A stretch of DNA of 64,000 nt from Acidobacteriota bacterium (GCA_965248695.1 CBDFKD010000002.1:1760001-1824000); one strand, 5' to 3'; shown: positions 26,201-36,164, counted from the stretch's first letter. Made by a program: numbers and translations. Notes: generated by a model from the letters alone, not told the origin.

Positions 26201-26896
26201 ATGGAGCACGAGGTCTCTGCCCTCTACAACTGGTCGCACGGGGGCCTTGACGCCATCTTCGGCGCCGGGTTCATCACCGATCAGGTCGTCATGGCGTGGT
26301 TCGTCGTGGCGATGTCGCTGGTGACCCTGGTGTTGCTTGCCCGCCGATTCTCCCTGTATGAGCCCGGCCCGGCACAGCAAATGCTCGAGATCGGCGTCGC
26401 GTCGATCAACACCATGTGCGACTCCTTCATCGGCGAAAACGGTCGCAAGTACGCCCGCGTGATGGGCCCTATCGCGCTGTTCATCCTCCTGTCGAACCTG
26501 GTGGGCTTTGTCCCCGGGCTGCAGCCACCGACGTCCGACCTGAACACCACCGCGGCGCTCGGAATCAGCTCGTTCCTCATCTACAACTTCATCGGCATCC
26601 GCGCTCAGGGTACCCGGTACGTGCAGCAGTTCATCGGTGATCCGATCTGGCTGTCACCGTTGATGTTCCCCATCGAGATCCTCAGCCATCTGTCGCGGCC
26701 CATCTCGCTCTCGATCCGACTCTTCGGGAACATGTTCGCTGAGCACACGCTTGCCGGCGTCTTCTTCTTCCTGCTACCGATTGGCCTGCCGGTATTGTTC
26801 GCACCTCTAGGCGTATTCGTGTCGTTCATGCAGACCTTCGTCTTCGTGATGCTGTCGATGCTCTACATCGCCGGCTCGCTGGAGCATGGGCACTAA
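26201..26896 (+). CDS. atpB: ATP synthase Fo subunit a
   Basis: SNLVGFVPG, PPTSDLN, IEILSHLSRPISLSIRLFGNMFAEH, MQTFVFVML. Confidence 0.96.
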   Translation: MEHEVSALYNWSHGGLDAIFGAGFITDQVVMAWFVVAMSLVTLVLLARRFSLYEPGPAQQMLEIGVASINTMCDSFIGENGRKYARVMGPIALFILLSNLVGFVPGLQPPTSDLNTTAALGISSFLIYNFIGIRAQGTRYVQQFIGDPIWLSPLMFPIEILSHLSRPISLSIRLFGNMFAEHTLAGVFFFLLPIGLPVLFAPLGVFVSFMQTFVFVMLSMLYIAGSLEHGH

Positions 26897-26944
26897 GGCC
26901 CCGCACCCGGCCGGTTACGGCCACCCCTGGAAAGGAGCACTCCG

Positions 26945-27274
26945 ATGTCCAAGCGGCTCGCCCTGCTAGCGACCACCGCGTTCGTGCTACTCACGCCGAA
27001 CCTTGCCCTGGCGCAGGAAACTGCCAACAACTACGACGTCGGCTCGGCGGTCGCTCTGGCAGCCGGTTTCGGCATGGCTATCGCGGCCGCTGGTTGCGGC
27101 ATCGGCCAGAGCCGCGCCATTGCCGCCGCTCTCGAGGGCATCGCACGGAACCCGAGTGCGGCCGGCCCGATCAGAGCTTCGATGATCTTCGGCCTCGTGC
27201 TCATCGAATCCCTGGCCATCTACGCGCTGTTGATCGCGATTCTGTTGATCTTCAATTTCGCGCCGGAAATGTAG
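26945..27274 (+). CDS. atpE: ATP synthase Fo subunit c with N-terminal signal-like extension
   Basis: GCGIGQ, IARNP, LIESLAIYAL; AAGGAG RBS. Confidence 0.96.
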   Translation: MSKRLALLATTAFVLLTPNLALAQETANNYDVGSAVALAAGFGMAIAAAGCGIGQSRAIAAALEGIARNPSAAGPIRASMIFGLVLIESLAIYALLIAILLIFNFAPEM

Positions 27275-27312
27275 ATCCGGCGCGGCCGTCATCGGCTGCG
27301 AGCAGCTTTCGG

Positions 27313-27354
27313 GAGCCGTCGCAGAATTCGTCCTGCGGCGGCTCGCGTTCGTTT
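27313..27354 (+). terminator. Possible intrinsic terminator after atpE
   Basis: 12-bp stem GAGCCGTCGCAG/CTGCGGCGGCTC with a weak U tail. Confidence 0.4.
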
Positions 27355-27448
27355 GGGCACCCGCTGAGCCAGCCACGGGCTGCGCTGCTAAGATTACGCA
27401 GCACGGTCAAAATCTCCGCGTCAGCCGCAGTCCTCCGTCGCGAGCACG

Positions 27449-27943
27449 ATGTCCGACTACCACGGTTACCAGATCGACTATGAGGATATCGACGTCAGGG
27501 GGCTGATGGAGCAGGTGCAGGCGCGTGCCGCGGCGCGAGCCGAGGAGGAGCCCTGTAGCGTTGGCGGCTCCTCGCCCGACCAGCTCAAGCGACTCCGGGA
27601 GAGTATCGTTCTCGACGACGAGCGCCCCTACGAGCTACAGCGAGCACTCCAGTTGCAGGGCGACTGGAACATCAGCCCTGAAGACCTGCGAGCGTCGCAC
27701 GATGGCCCTATCGGGGCAGTGATCACAGCCGTCCGGCGCCTGCTCCGTCCGTTCGTGAAGATGGTCGTCAACCTCGACGCGCCGCTACACAAGCAGTTCA
27801 AGATCAACCTCGGTCTGGCGAATGCCATCCACGAGCTGACCCTCGAGAACGCCGCTTTGCGTCAACGTGTGCAGGACCTCTCGGTGCACGTCGATCAGCG
27901 CTCGGAACCCGACGACGGCGCCTCTGCCGGCACGCATTGCTGA
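27449..27943 (+). CDS. Hypothetical coiled-coil protein heading a glycosyltransferase cluster
   Basis: IDVRGLMEQVQ, VRRLLRPFVK, C-terminal heptads; abuts the GT operon. Confidence 0.7.
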   Translation: MSDYHGYQIDYEDIDVRGLMEQVQARAAARAEEEPCSVGGSSPDQLKRLRESIVLDDERPYELQRALQLQGDWNISPEDLRASHDGPIGAVITAVRRLLRPFVKMVVNLDAPLHKQFKINLGLANAIHELTLENAALRQRVQDLSVHVDQRSEPDDGASAGTHC

Positions 27944-27947
27944 GCAA

Positions 27948-29168
27948 TTGCGCCTCGCTCTTGTTGTTCAGCGATACGGCGAAGAGATCTCGGGGGGAGC
28001 CGAGCTCCACGCGCGGCTGATCGCACAGCAACTTGCCCGGCGGCACGAGCTCGCGGTGCTGACGACGTGCGCTGCGGACTACGTAACGTGGCGCAATCAC
28101 TACCCGCCCGGGCTCTCGAGTCTCGACGGCGTTCCAGTCTACCGATTTCCGGTGCGACGGTCGCGGGACCCAAAGCGCTTCGGCCGATTGCAGGAGCGTG
28201 TTTTTCATCGTCAGCACGACGAGCGTGACGCTCTCGCTTGGATGGATGCCCAAGGACCCTATTCGCCCCGGATGGTGAAATGGATCGAGCACCATCGCGA
28301 CAGCTTCGACTACTTCATCTGCTTCTCCTATCGATACTGGACCACCTGGCGCGCGATGCAGGCGGTCACCGGCAAGGGCGTCCTGGTTCCGACCGCCGAG
28401 CCGGATCCGGCGATCGAGCTGCCGCTGTTCCACCCCGTTTTCCGTTCGGCGCGAGCGATCATGTACAACTCGCACGAGGAGCGCACGATGATCCAGCGTC
28501 ACTCTGGAAACGAGTCGGTTCCCGGAGTCGTGGTCGGGGTCGGGATCGTCGAGCCGCCGACGGTAGGCCCGGACCGCTTCCGTGCCGCCCATGGTGTCGG
28601 GGGGCCGTTTCTCCTCTACGTCGGTCGGATCGACCGCAACAAGGGTTGCGCGCAGCTCTTCGACTTCTACTTGCGCGCCTACGATCGCCTACGGGACGAG
28701 GGCTTGCGACCGCCGTGGCTGGTCCTCGCTGGCAGCGCCGTGATGCCGATACCCGAGCACCCGGCGATCGTTCACCTGGGGCGTGTCAGCGAGCAGGAAA
28801 AGTACGATGCTCTGGCCGCGTCGGCGGCGCTGGTGATGCCGTCCTTCTACGAGAGCCTTTCGATGGTCCTGCTGGAGGCCTGGGCGTTGTCGCGTCCCGT
28901 GGTGGTCAACGGCCATTGCGACGTCATCCGCGGGCAGTCAGAGCGCAGCAACGGCGGCTTGTGGTATCGGAACAGCACCGAGTTTGCGGAATGCGTGGGC
29001 TGTCTCGTCCAGGATCCTGATCTCGGAGCCGCTCTCGGCGCGCATGGGCACGCCTACTACGAAGCAAACTACACTTGGCCGACAATCGTCGACAAATATG
29101 AGTCGATGCTTGCCCGGCTACATGCGGACGACTCGGCGCGGCGCGATCCGCCGCAGCAGACCAGCTGA
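27948..29168 (+). CDS. Glycosyltransferase family 4 (type A; TTG start inferred from paralog 32513)
   Basis: VVQRYG..GGAE, LYVGRIDRNKG, PSFYESLSMVLLEAW. Confidence 0.9.
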   Translation: MRLALVVQRYGEEISGGAELHARLIAQQLARRHELAVLTTCAADYVTWRNHYPPGLSSLDGVPVYRFPVRRSRDPKRFGRLQERVFHRQHDERDALAWMDAQGPYSPRMVKWIEHHRDSFDYFICFSYRYWTTWRAMQAVTGKGVLVPTAEPDPAIELPLFHPVFRSARAIMYNSHEERTMIQRHSGNESVPGVVVGVGIVEPPTVGPDRFRAAHGVGGPFLLYVGRIDRNKGCAQLFDFYLRAYDRLRDEGLRPPWLVLAGSAVMPIPEHPAIVHLGRVSEQEKYDALAASAALVMPSFYESLSMVLLEAWALSRPVVVNGHCDVIRGQSERSNGGLWYRNSTEFAECVGCLVQDPDLGAALGAHGHAYYEANYTWPTIVDKYESMLARLHADDSARRDPPQQTS

Positions 29169-29204
29169 CGTGGAGCGCTCAGCGACTATCGGCAAGAACA
29201 GCGT

Positions 29205-30284
29205 ATGAAACCCCAAGGCATTCACCAGCTTTCGATCTCGGCCGCCCGCGGCGACGCTATCGGCAACGAGATGAGCCAGATCCGCACGGCCCTACGTGCG
29301 GCCGGTCACGAGTCGGAGATATTCGTCGAGTTGCTCGACCCCAGCATGGGGGCGCATGTGCATCCCTACAAGGAGTATCTGGACATCACCTCGCCCGACA
29401 ACCTCATGCTACTGCACTACTCGATGGCCTCTCCTGTAGCGAGCATGGCCGCCGAGCTCGAGGATCGTTTGGTGCTGATCTACCACAACATCACCCCACC
29501 CGAGTGGTTCGCGCCTTACTCGCTCGGGATCGCTCGGACCTGCGCGGCCGGCCGACTGCAACTCACGAGCCTGCGTGCACGCGCTGCGCTGGCGCTGGGG
29601 GTGTCCGAATACAATCGGCGTGAGCTTGAGGAGATCGGCTTCGAGCGCACCGGAGTCGTCCCGCTGCTGCTCGATCTTGCGGGCATGGACGGGTTGGTAA
29701 GCGACCGCATACTTGATCGCTACGGCGACGAGCGCACCACGTGGCTTGCCGTCGGACGGGTCGCACCGAACAAGTGTGTCGAAGACGTGATCCGGTCGTT
29801 CGCGTATTTCCAGCGATACGTCGACGATCAGGCGCGACTGCTGATCGTCGGCGAGCACCGTCACATCCTCCCCTACTACTACGACCTGCAGCAGTTCATC
29901 AGCGAGATCGGCGCCACCGACATCCACTTCGCGGGTCATGTTCCGGACGAAGAGCTCAACGCCTACTACCAGGTAGCCGACATCCTGGTCTGCCTGTCGC
30001 AGCATGAGGGGTTCTGTGTGCCGTTGTTCGAGGCTATCCAGAGTGGGCTGCCGGCGATCGCGCTGGCGGCGGCGGGCATTCCCTATTCCACCGGCGGCGG
30101 CGTCCTGATGGTAGAGGACGCCGACCCGGCCCTGATCGCCGAAACAGTCGCCTGTGTGCTCAAGGACACCAAGCTGCGAGCCGACCTGCTGGTGCGGCAA
30201 CGACGTGTGCTGGAGGAGCTCATGACGGACCGCGTTGTGGAGTCGCTCTTCGCCCATCTGCGAGATATCGGCGTCGAGGCATGA
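29205..30284 (+). CDS. Glycosyltransferase family 4 (type B)
   Basis: GDAIGNE, YHNITP, VGRVAPNK, SQHEGFCVPLFEA. Confidence 0.9.
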   Translation: MKPQGIHQLSISAARGDAIGNEMSQIRTALRAAGHESEIFVELLDPSMGAHVHPYKEYLDITSPDNLMLLHYSMASPVASMAAELEDRLVLIYHNITPPEWFAPYSLGIARTCAAGRLQLTSLRARAALALGVSEYNRRELEEIGFERTGVVPLLLDLAGMDGLVSDRILDRYGDERTTWLAVGRVAPNKCVEDVIRSFAYFQRYVDDQARLLIVGEHRHILPYYYDLQQFISEIGATDIHFAGHVPDEELNAYYQVADILVCLSQHEGFCVPLFEAIQSGLPAIALAAAGIPYSTGGGVLMVEDADPALIAETVACVLKDTKLRADLLVRQRRVLEELMTDRVVESLFAHLRDIGVEA

Positions 30285-30312
30285 CCGTACCCGTACGACG
30301 CCGAGAGGCGGC

Positions 30313-31392
30313 ATGAAGCCAGCAGCGATTCACCAGCTATCGGTCTCCGCCGCCTACGGTGACGCGATTGGCAACGAGGTGCTTCAGATCCGCGATGCCC
30401 TCCGTGACGGCGGACACGAGTCCGAGATTTTCGTGGAGATGGTCGACCACCGGATGGGCGACGAGGTCCGCCATTATCGAGAATACAGTGAGGTAGCGTC
30501 GAGCCGGAACGTCGTGCTGCTGCATTACTCGATGGGGTCGGCGGTCTCGAAACTGGCTCACGAGATCGAAGACCGACTCGTGCTCATCTATCACAACATT
30601 ACTCCGGCCGAGTGGTTCGTCCCGTACGAGTTGACAATCGCGCACGCGTGCGCCGCGGGTCGCCTTCAGCTGGCCGCGTTGCGGCAGCGAACTTCGTTGG
30701 CGCTGGGGGATTCCGAGTACAACCGCTGCGAGCTCGAGGAGCTGGGCTTCCAGCCCACGGGCGTCCTACCGCTGTTGCTCGACCTCGACAGCCTCGGCGA
30801 CCACGCAGACAGCATGGTGCTGGAGCTGCATCAGGAAGATCGCACCACTTGGCTGTTCGTTGGACGCATCGTTCCCAACAAGCGAATCGAGGATCTCATC
30901 CGCGCGTTCACGTACTACCAGCGCTATATCGACCACCGCGCCCAGCTGCTGATCGTCGGCGACCATGCGCCGTTCGCCAACTATCACCACGCCCTCCAGC
31001 GCCTCATGGGAGAGTTGCGCACGGACGGCGTTCGCTTCACCGGGCATGTGTCCGAAGAAGAGCTTCGCGCCTACTACCGGGTGGCCGACGTGTTTGTTTG
31101 TATGTCCGAGCACGAGGGGTTCTGCGTGCCCCTGTTCGAGGCGATCCATGGCGAGATACCGGTACTCGCTTTCTCGGCGGCCGCGATTCCATACTCCACC
31201 GATGGAGGGGTTCTGCTGCTCGAAGACAAGGATCCGGCGATCGTCGGCGAAGCGGTCGCGGCTGTCCTCCACGACGAATCGCTGCGCCGCAGCCTGCTGG
31301 CGCGACAGGCGCAGCTGCTGGCGCAGGTCGATCCTCAACACAGCCTCGATACTCTATTCGCACAGCTCAACCGCATCGGCGTGGACGTATGA
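30313..31392 (+). CDS. Glycosyltransferase family 4 (type B; close paralog of 29205)
   Basis: GDAIGNE, YHNITP, VGRIVPNK, SEHEGFCVPLFEA. Confidence 0.9.
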   Translation: MKPAAIHQLSVSAAYGDAIGNEVLQIRDALRDGGHESEIFVEMVDHRMGDEVRHYREYSEVASSRNVVLLHYSMGSAVSKLAHEIEDRLVLIYHNITPAEWFVPYELTIAHACAAGRLQLAALRQRTSLALGDSEYNRCELEELGFQPTGVLPLLLDLDSLGDHADSMVLELHQEDRTTWLFVGRIVPNKRIEDLIRAFTYYQRYIDHRAQLLIVGDHAPFANYHHALQRLMGELRTDGVRFTGHVSEEELRAYYRVADVFVCMSEHEGFCVPLFEAIHGEIPVLAFSAAAIPYSTDGGVLLLEDKDPAIVGEAVAAVLHDESLRRSLLARQAQLLAQVDPQHSLDTLFAQLNRIGVDV

Positions 31393-32516
31393 CCGCCGAT
31401 CGAATCCGCGTCAATCAGTTGCTGCCGGCAGCACACGTGCGCGACGCTACTGGTGATGCCGCGCTACACCTGGCTACCGGCCTCGAGCACGCCGGTTTCG
31501 ATGCCGGGGTCTATGCGCCGACAATTGACCGTGAGCTTGTCGGGCGCGTCAGGCCGGTCAGTGAGTTCGAGCCGGCCAGAACCACCGACGTGACCATCCT
31601 CCACTATGCGCTCGCGTCGCCGCTGGACGGCAAGCTGCTCGACTGCGCTGGCAAGCGGGTCGTTGTCTATCACAACCTGACCCCGCCGGAGATGTTGCTC
31701 CCCTCGTGTCCCGACGTGGCGCGCTTGACGAAGATCGGCCGCGATCAGCTGATCGCGCTTGCCCGCTCAGGCGGCGTAGACCTGGCGATCGGCGTCTCGG
31801 ACTACAACACAGCCGACCTGCGTGACGTCGGGTTTGCCAACACCACGACCCTGCCGTTGCCGATCGACCTGACGCGGTATGACGTCGAGTCCAACCCGAT
31901 CCTGGCAGAGCAGCTGGCTTGGCCCGGTCAGATCTTCCTCACCGTTGGACGGTTGTCACCGAACAAGCGTCTCGAGGATTTCCTGCGCATTGCCGCTTAT
32001 TACAACCGCTACGTACATCCGTCATCGCGCTTCTACATCGTCGGAGGCGGGAAGGGTCTCGAGGCCTACACGAAGGCGCTCATGGACCTGTTCCGACAGC
32101 TCGAGCTGAACGAGCGTGTGGTGTTTCTCGGGCGGGTCTCGCATCGGGATCTGGTGACGCTCTATCGGGCCGCCGACGCCTACCTCTGTACCAGCGCGCA
32201 CGAGGGCTTCTGCGCACCTCTGGTGGAAGCGATGCACTTTGGGGTTCCGATTCTGGCGCGTCACGCTACCGCGATCCCGGAAACGCTCGGAGATGCAGGC
32301 GTGACCTACGAGGACGATGATCCGGCCCGCGTCGCCGAAGCACTGTGGGTGCTGACCCACGATCGGTCGCTGCGCGCCCGACTGCAGCGGAACGCCCGAG
32401 TGCGAGTCTCGCACTTCGCACCGAAGGTTGTCATCCCGCGCTGGATAGCGGTGCTCAGCGAGCTCGCTGGCCGACCGGATGCCACGTCCTCAGCAGCGCC
32501 GGAGGCGGTGTCGTGA
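31389..32516 (+). CDS. Glycosyltransferase family 4 (type B)
   Basis: YHNLTP, VGRLSPNK, SAHEGFCAPLVEAM; ATGA overlap. Confidence 0.9.
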   Translation: MTADRIRVNQLLPAAHVRDATGDAALHLATGLEHAGFDAGVYAPTIDRELVGRVRPVSEFEPARTTDVTILHYALASPLDGKLLDCAGKRVVVYHNLTPPEMLLPSCPDVARLTKIGRDQLIALARSGGVDLAIGVSDYNTADLRDVGFANTTTLPLPIDLTRYDVESNPILAEQLAWPGQIFLTVGRLSPNKRLEDFLRIAAYYNRYVHPSSRFYIVGGGKGLEAYTKALMDLFRQLELNERVVFLGRVSHRDLVTLYRAADAYLCTSAHEGFCAPLVEAMHFGVPILARHATAIPETLGDAGVTYEDDDPARVAEALWVLTHDRSLRARLQRNARVRVSHFAPKVVIPRWIAVLSELAGRPDATSSAAPEAVS

Positions 32517-33682
32517 AGCTGACCCTGGTCGTGCAGCGCTACGGCACCGACGTCGTCGGGGGAGCGGAGAGACTGTGCCGTGGAGTCGCCGAGGGGCTGG
32601 CGGCACGGCACGACGTAGAGGTCCTGACCTCCTGCGCGCAGTCCTACCGAACCTGGGCCAATCACTATCCCGCCGGAAGAGAGAGCCTGAACGGCGTACG
32701 CGTGAACCGATTCCGCACCGAGTGCGAGCGCCACATGCCGGACTTCAACGCGCTTTCGAACGAGCTCTTCTCCGGCTCGCACACTCCCGCCGACGAGATC
32801 GCCTGGATCGACGCACAGGGCCCGTTCGTGCCGGCGCTCGTCGACCACCTGCATGCGAGTAGCGCCGACGCCGACGCTTTGCTGTTCTTCACGTATCTCT
32901 ACTATCCGACGGTACACGGCGTTCATGCCGCTCCTGAGAAGAGCGTTCTGGTGCCGACGGCACACGATGAGGCACCCTTTTACCTGGACGCGTACGAGGC
33001 GGTGTTCAGGCTACCAGCCGGCCTAGCCTTCAACACCGAGGCGGAGGCCAAGCTCGTCCGCGGCCGCTTTCCCGACGCCCAGCCCGAAACGCGCGTCATC
33101 GGCGTCGGAGTGGAGGATATGGACCTCCTCGAGACTGCTCGGAAGACAGCCAGACCGACAGACGGGCCAGTCCTCCTGTATGCCGGGCGCATCGAAGACG
33201 GCAAGGGGGTCGGCGAGCTGATCGCTCATGTACGACGATACCGCAACGAAAACGGCGCGACTCCAACACTTTGGCTGATGGGCGAGACGGCGATGGAGCT
33301 ACCGGATGAGCCGTGGATCAGGGCGCTAGGCTTCGTATCGCACGAAGAGAAGCGCCGCCGGCTCGCCGAGGCCACGGTTCTGGTAGCACCGTCGGCGCTG
33401 GAGAGCTTCGGCATCGTGCTGCTGGAGGCCGGCGTGGCGGGCACCCCGGTGCTGGCGAATGCTCTCAGCGGCGCCTACCTGGAGCATTGCCAGCAAGGTC
33501 GCGGCGGCCTTTGGTACCACAACTACGCCGAGTTCAGCGAGGCACTCGACCTGTTGTTGAAGAACTCCACGCTGCGATCGTCGCTGGCGAGAGAAGGGGC
33601 ACGCTACGCTCGCGCGCACTACTCATGGGACGCCATCGCGGCGAAGTACGACTCGTTCCTGGGCGAGCTACTGCTGCACTGA
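32513..33682 (+). CDS. Glycosyltransferase family 4 (type A)
   Basis: GTGA overlap, GGAGG RBS; VVQRYG..GGAE, LYAGRIEDGKG, PSALESFGIVLLEA. Confidence 0.9.
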   Translation: MKLTLVVQRYGTDVVGGAERLCRGVAEGLAARHDVEVLTSCAQSYRTWANHYPAGRESLNGVRVNRFRTECERHMPDFNALSNELFSGSHTPADEIAWIDAQGPFVPALVDHLHASSADADALLFFTYLYYPTVHGVHAAPEKSVLVPTAHDEAPFYLDAYEAVFRLPAGLAFNTEAEAKLVRGRFPDAQPETRVIGVGVEDMDLLETARKTARPTDGPVLLYAGRIEDGKGVGELIAHVRRYRNENGATPTLWLMGETAMELPDEPWIRALGFVSHEEKRRRLAEATVLVAPSALESFGIVLLEAGVAGTPVLANALSGAYLEHCQQGRGGLWYHNYAEFSEALDLLLKNSTLRSSLAREGARYARAHYSWDAIAAKYDSFLGELLLH

Positions 33683-33687
33683 GGCGC

Positions 33688-34128
33688 TTAGCGGCGCTCG
33701 AGCCATCGATCCAGAGTCAGCCTGTCTTCGGCCCGTGGCGCCCACAGCAAGACGAGCACCATCATCGCCCTGGGCACGACATGGGCGTTGAACGGATACA
33801 ACGGCTCCGCCAGCAAATGACCGAAGGTCACCGTCACCAGGACGCCAGCAAGCGCGAGCAACGCCATTCGGACGCGAAAACCCGCGATCAGAAGCGCCCC
33901 GGCGACCAGCTCGACGACCGGGATGGTGACACCGGCAACCCACAGCGACCACGGTGGCAGGAACGAGTCGTCGTAGCCGCTGACGAAGAACTGGCGGGCG
34001 TGCTCAACGGGTCCGAGATCGAAGACCTTCCAGGCACCCGCCATGAAGAAGATCAAGCCGAGCAGCACCCGGACGAAGAGCAAAGCCCAGGCGCGATCAG
34101 ACATCAGCCCCTCGTCGGCATCCGGCAT
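33688..34128 (-). CDS. DoxX family membrane protein
   Basis: RVLLGLIFFMAGAWK, IPVVELVAGALLIAG, TLDRW. Confidence 0.82.
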   Translation of the reverse strand: MPDADEGLMSDRAWALLFVRVLLGLIFFMAGAWKVFDLGPVEHARQFFVSGYDDSFLPPWSLWVAGVTIPVVELVAGALLIAGFRVRMALLALAGVLVTVTFGHLLAEPLYPFNAHVVPRAMMVLVLLWAPRAEDRLTLDRWLERR

Positions 34129-34140
34129 GATCGGCGCACG

Positions 34141-34176
34141 AAAAACGGGGCGCGACTCGCGTGAGTCGCGCCCCGT
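34141..34176 (-). terminator. Rho-independent terminator downstream of the TPR gene
   Basis: Perfect 14-bp stem ACGGGGCGCGACTC/GAGTCGCGCCCCGT, 4-nt loop, U-tract on the minus strand. Confidence 0.85.
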
Positions 34177-34204
34177 AGATCCAACGCTGGCTTACCGGTA
34201 GCCG

Positions 34205-35323
34205 CTAGCTACCCGCCGCCTGCCGGCGAATGCGTTCCTTGACGCGGTCGATGGCCTCGGTGGTCTTCGACTGCGCCGAGATCGAGGCGGAATCCTCGAG
34301 GGCCGCAAGGGCATCCTCGAAACTGCCTACCTTCTCGTACATGAATCCGAGGTCGTACAGGCAATCGGCGCGGATCGGACTGCCACCCGCGAGATACCTG
34401 AGAGCGTTGCTGTATGACGAGATCGCCTGAGCATCATTGCCGGCAGCGCCGTAGGCCTGACCGAGGTTGTAGTGCGCGTTGCCGTTCGAACCGCGCGACT
34501 GGACGACCTGCGACAGCTGTGCGATCGCCTCGTTGTAGCGACTCGACCCGAGGTACGCGCGCCCCATCATGTTGCGAATCTGCATATTCTGCGGATCACG
34601 CTGCACGGCTTGCTCGAGATAACGCACCGCCTGCGGCCAGTTGGCCTCGTTCAGGTAGAGGCGCCCGAGGTTGGTGATCGCGCTTGCGTTGGAACGGTCC
34701 AGCGTGAGCGTCTTTTCGAACCATGTCCGCGCCTGATCCGAATCGCCCGATTCCATGTATGCGCGGCCGAGCTTGCCCGCAACATCCGCATCGGTGTTCC
34801 GACCCGTCGCGGCATCACCCAGATGGCGGATGGCGTTGCGCCAGTCTTCCTTGAAGTAGTACGCCTGCCCGAGCGTCTTGGAGTGAACGGCGCGCTGACT
34901 CGCGGTGGTCGCGTACTTTCCAGCCTCGTTCTCCGCGGCGATGGCGCGATCGTAGTCGCCCGAGTTGCCGCGAGCGACGTAAACCTGCGCCAGGCTGTTG
35001 TTGGCCGACCAGCGCTCTGAATCCTCCGAGATCAGCTCGAGGGCGGTCTGCAGCTCGGAGATCGCCTCGTCACGCTGTCCGCGCTGGCCGAGACAGACGC
35101 CAAGGACCATATGCAACCAACCCCAGCGGTCGTACGCCTCGCCACCAGCGGAGAGGGCACCGCGCATGTTGTCGATGCAGCCGCGGAAGTCTTCGCTCTG
35201 AAGGGATTGTTGTCCCGCGCGCCAGAGCGCGTCGGGGTCCTGAGCCAATGCCGTAGACGGCCACGCCAGCGCGGTCACGATCAACAGCAAAGGCAGAACC
35301 TGCGAGATTCTTCGAGTATTCAT
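34205..35323 (-). CDS. Secreted tetratricopeptide-repeat protein
   Basis: Signal peptide ALA-Q; repeated LGxAY...A...Y TPR units. Confidence 0.88.
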   Translation of the reverse strand: MNTRRISQVLPLLLIVTALAWPSTALAQDPDALWRAGQQSLQSEDFRGCIDNMRGALSAGGEAYDRWGWLHMVLGVCLGQRGQRDEAISELQTALELISEDSERWSANNSLAQVYVARGNSGDYDRAIAAENEAGKYATTASQRAVHSKTLGQAYYFKEDWRNAIRHLGDAATGRNTDADVAGKLGRAYMESGDSDQARTWFEKTLTLDRSNASAITNLGRLYLNEANWPQAVRYLEQAVQRDPQNMQIRNMMGRAYLGSSRYNEAIAQLSQVVQSRGSNGNAHYNLGQAYGAAGNDAQAISSYSNALRYLAGGSPIRADCLYDLGFMYEKVGSFEDALAALEDSASISAQSKTTEAIDRVKERIRRQAAGS

Positions 35324-35416
35324 GGGTCACCTGTTAACGGTCGGGCTCCTCGCCACAAGGATCTATTGTAGCGGGGAGCCCGTGTACCTAGCCAGGGAGC
35401 CGCTCGCCCGGCGCGG

Positions 35417-36157
35417 CTACTGGAGCTGGAACTGCACCGTTACCGTCAGCAGAATCTCTACTGGACGGCCATTGTAGAACGTTGGTGTGTACAGCCACTC
35501 GGACACTGCTTTGACCGCCGACTCATCGAGGCCGAGGCCGAGCCCGCGCAGCACGTTCACGTTCGTTACTGATCCTTCGCGGTCGATCGTCGCTTCGAGG
35601 ATGACCACACCGGCAAGTCGAGCACGACGCGCCAGTTCAGGGTACTCGGGCGAGATGTAATGAATGCGCTCAGGCGCCTGGATGTCGCCGCCAACACGCA
35701 TCGGTCCCTGATCGATCACCGGCGGACCTCCCACCGGACCGCCAACCATGAAGTCCGTGTCGACGCGCTCCTCCTCCATCTCGATGTACTCGACCTCGGC
35801 CTCGACGATCGGCTCTGGATCATCCGGCGTCGGATCGGGAATCGGCACGCGCGCGGTCTTCTTCTTTACGACCTTTTTCTCCGGCTGCTGCTTCGGCGGC
35901 TCCGGCGGCTTGTAGCGCTTGATCACTACCGCTTCGCGCGCCTGCTCGGTGGCCTCGCTGCCGCCGAACTCCGGGAAGACCATCACGAACAACAGAAAGT
36001 GGACCATCAGAGCACCCATCCAAGCCACCTTCAGCGGCTGGGCGGATTCCTTCTCGAGCGATGCTCCGAGAGCCATCGAGCGCAGGGGGGCAGCGTCGGA
36101 TGGTTGCGGCCTGCTGGCTTCTTCAGCCCTCTTGCCTTCGTCGTCCATCGTCGTCAA
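35417..36157 (-). CDS. tonB: Energy transducer TonB
   Basis: TM with His (VHFLL), Pro/Lys-rich linker, PEYPELARRARLAGVV..GLDESAVKAV. Confidence 0.9.
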   Translation of the reverse strand: MTTMDDEGKRAEEASRPQPSDAAPLRSMALGASLEKESAQPLKVAWMGALMVHFLLFVMVFPEFGGSEATEQAREAVVIKRYKPPEPPKQQPEKKVVKKKTARVPIPDPTPDDPEPIVEAEVEYIEMEEERVDTDFMVGGPVGGPPVIDQGPMRVGGDIQAPERIHYISPEYPELARRARLAGVVILEATIDREGSVTNVNVLRGLGLGLDESAVKAVSEWLYTPTFYNGRPVEILLTVTVQFQLQ

Positions 36158-36164
36158 CCCCGGC

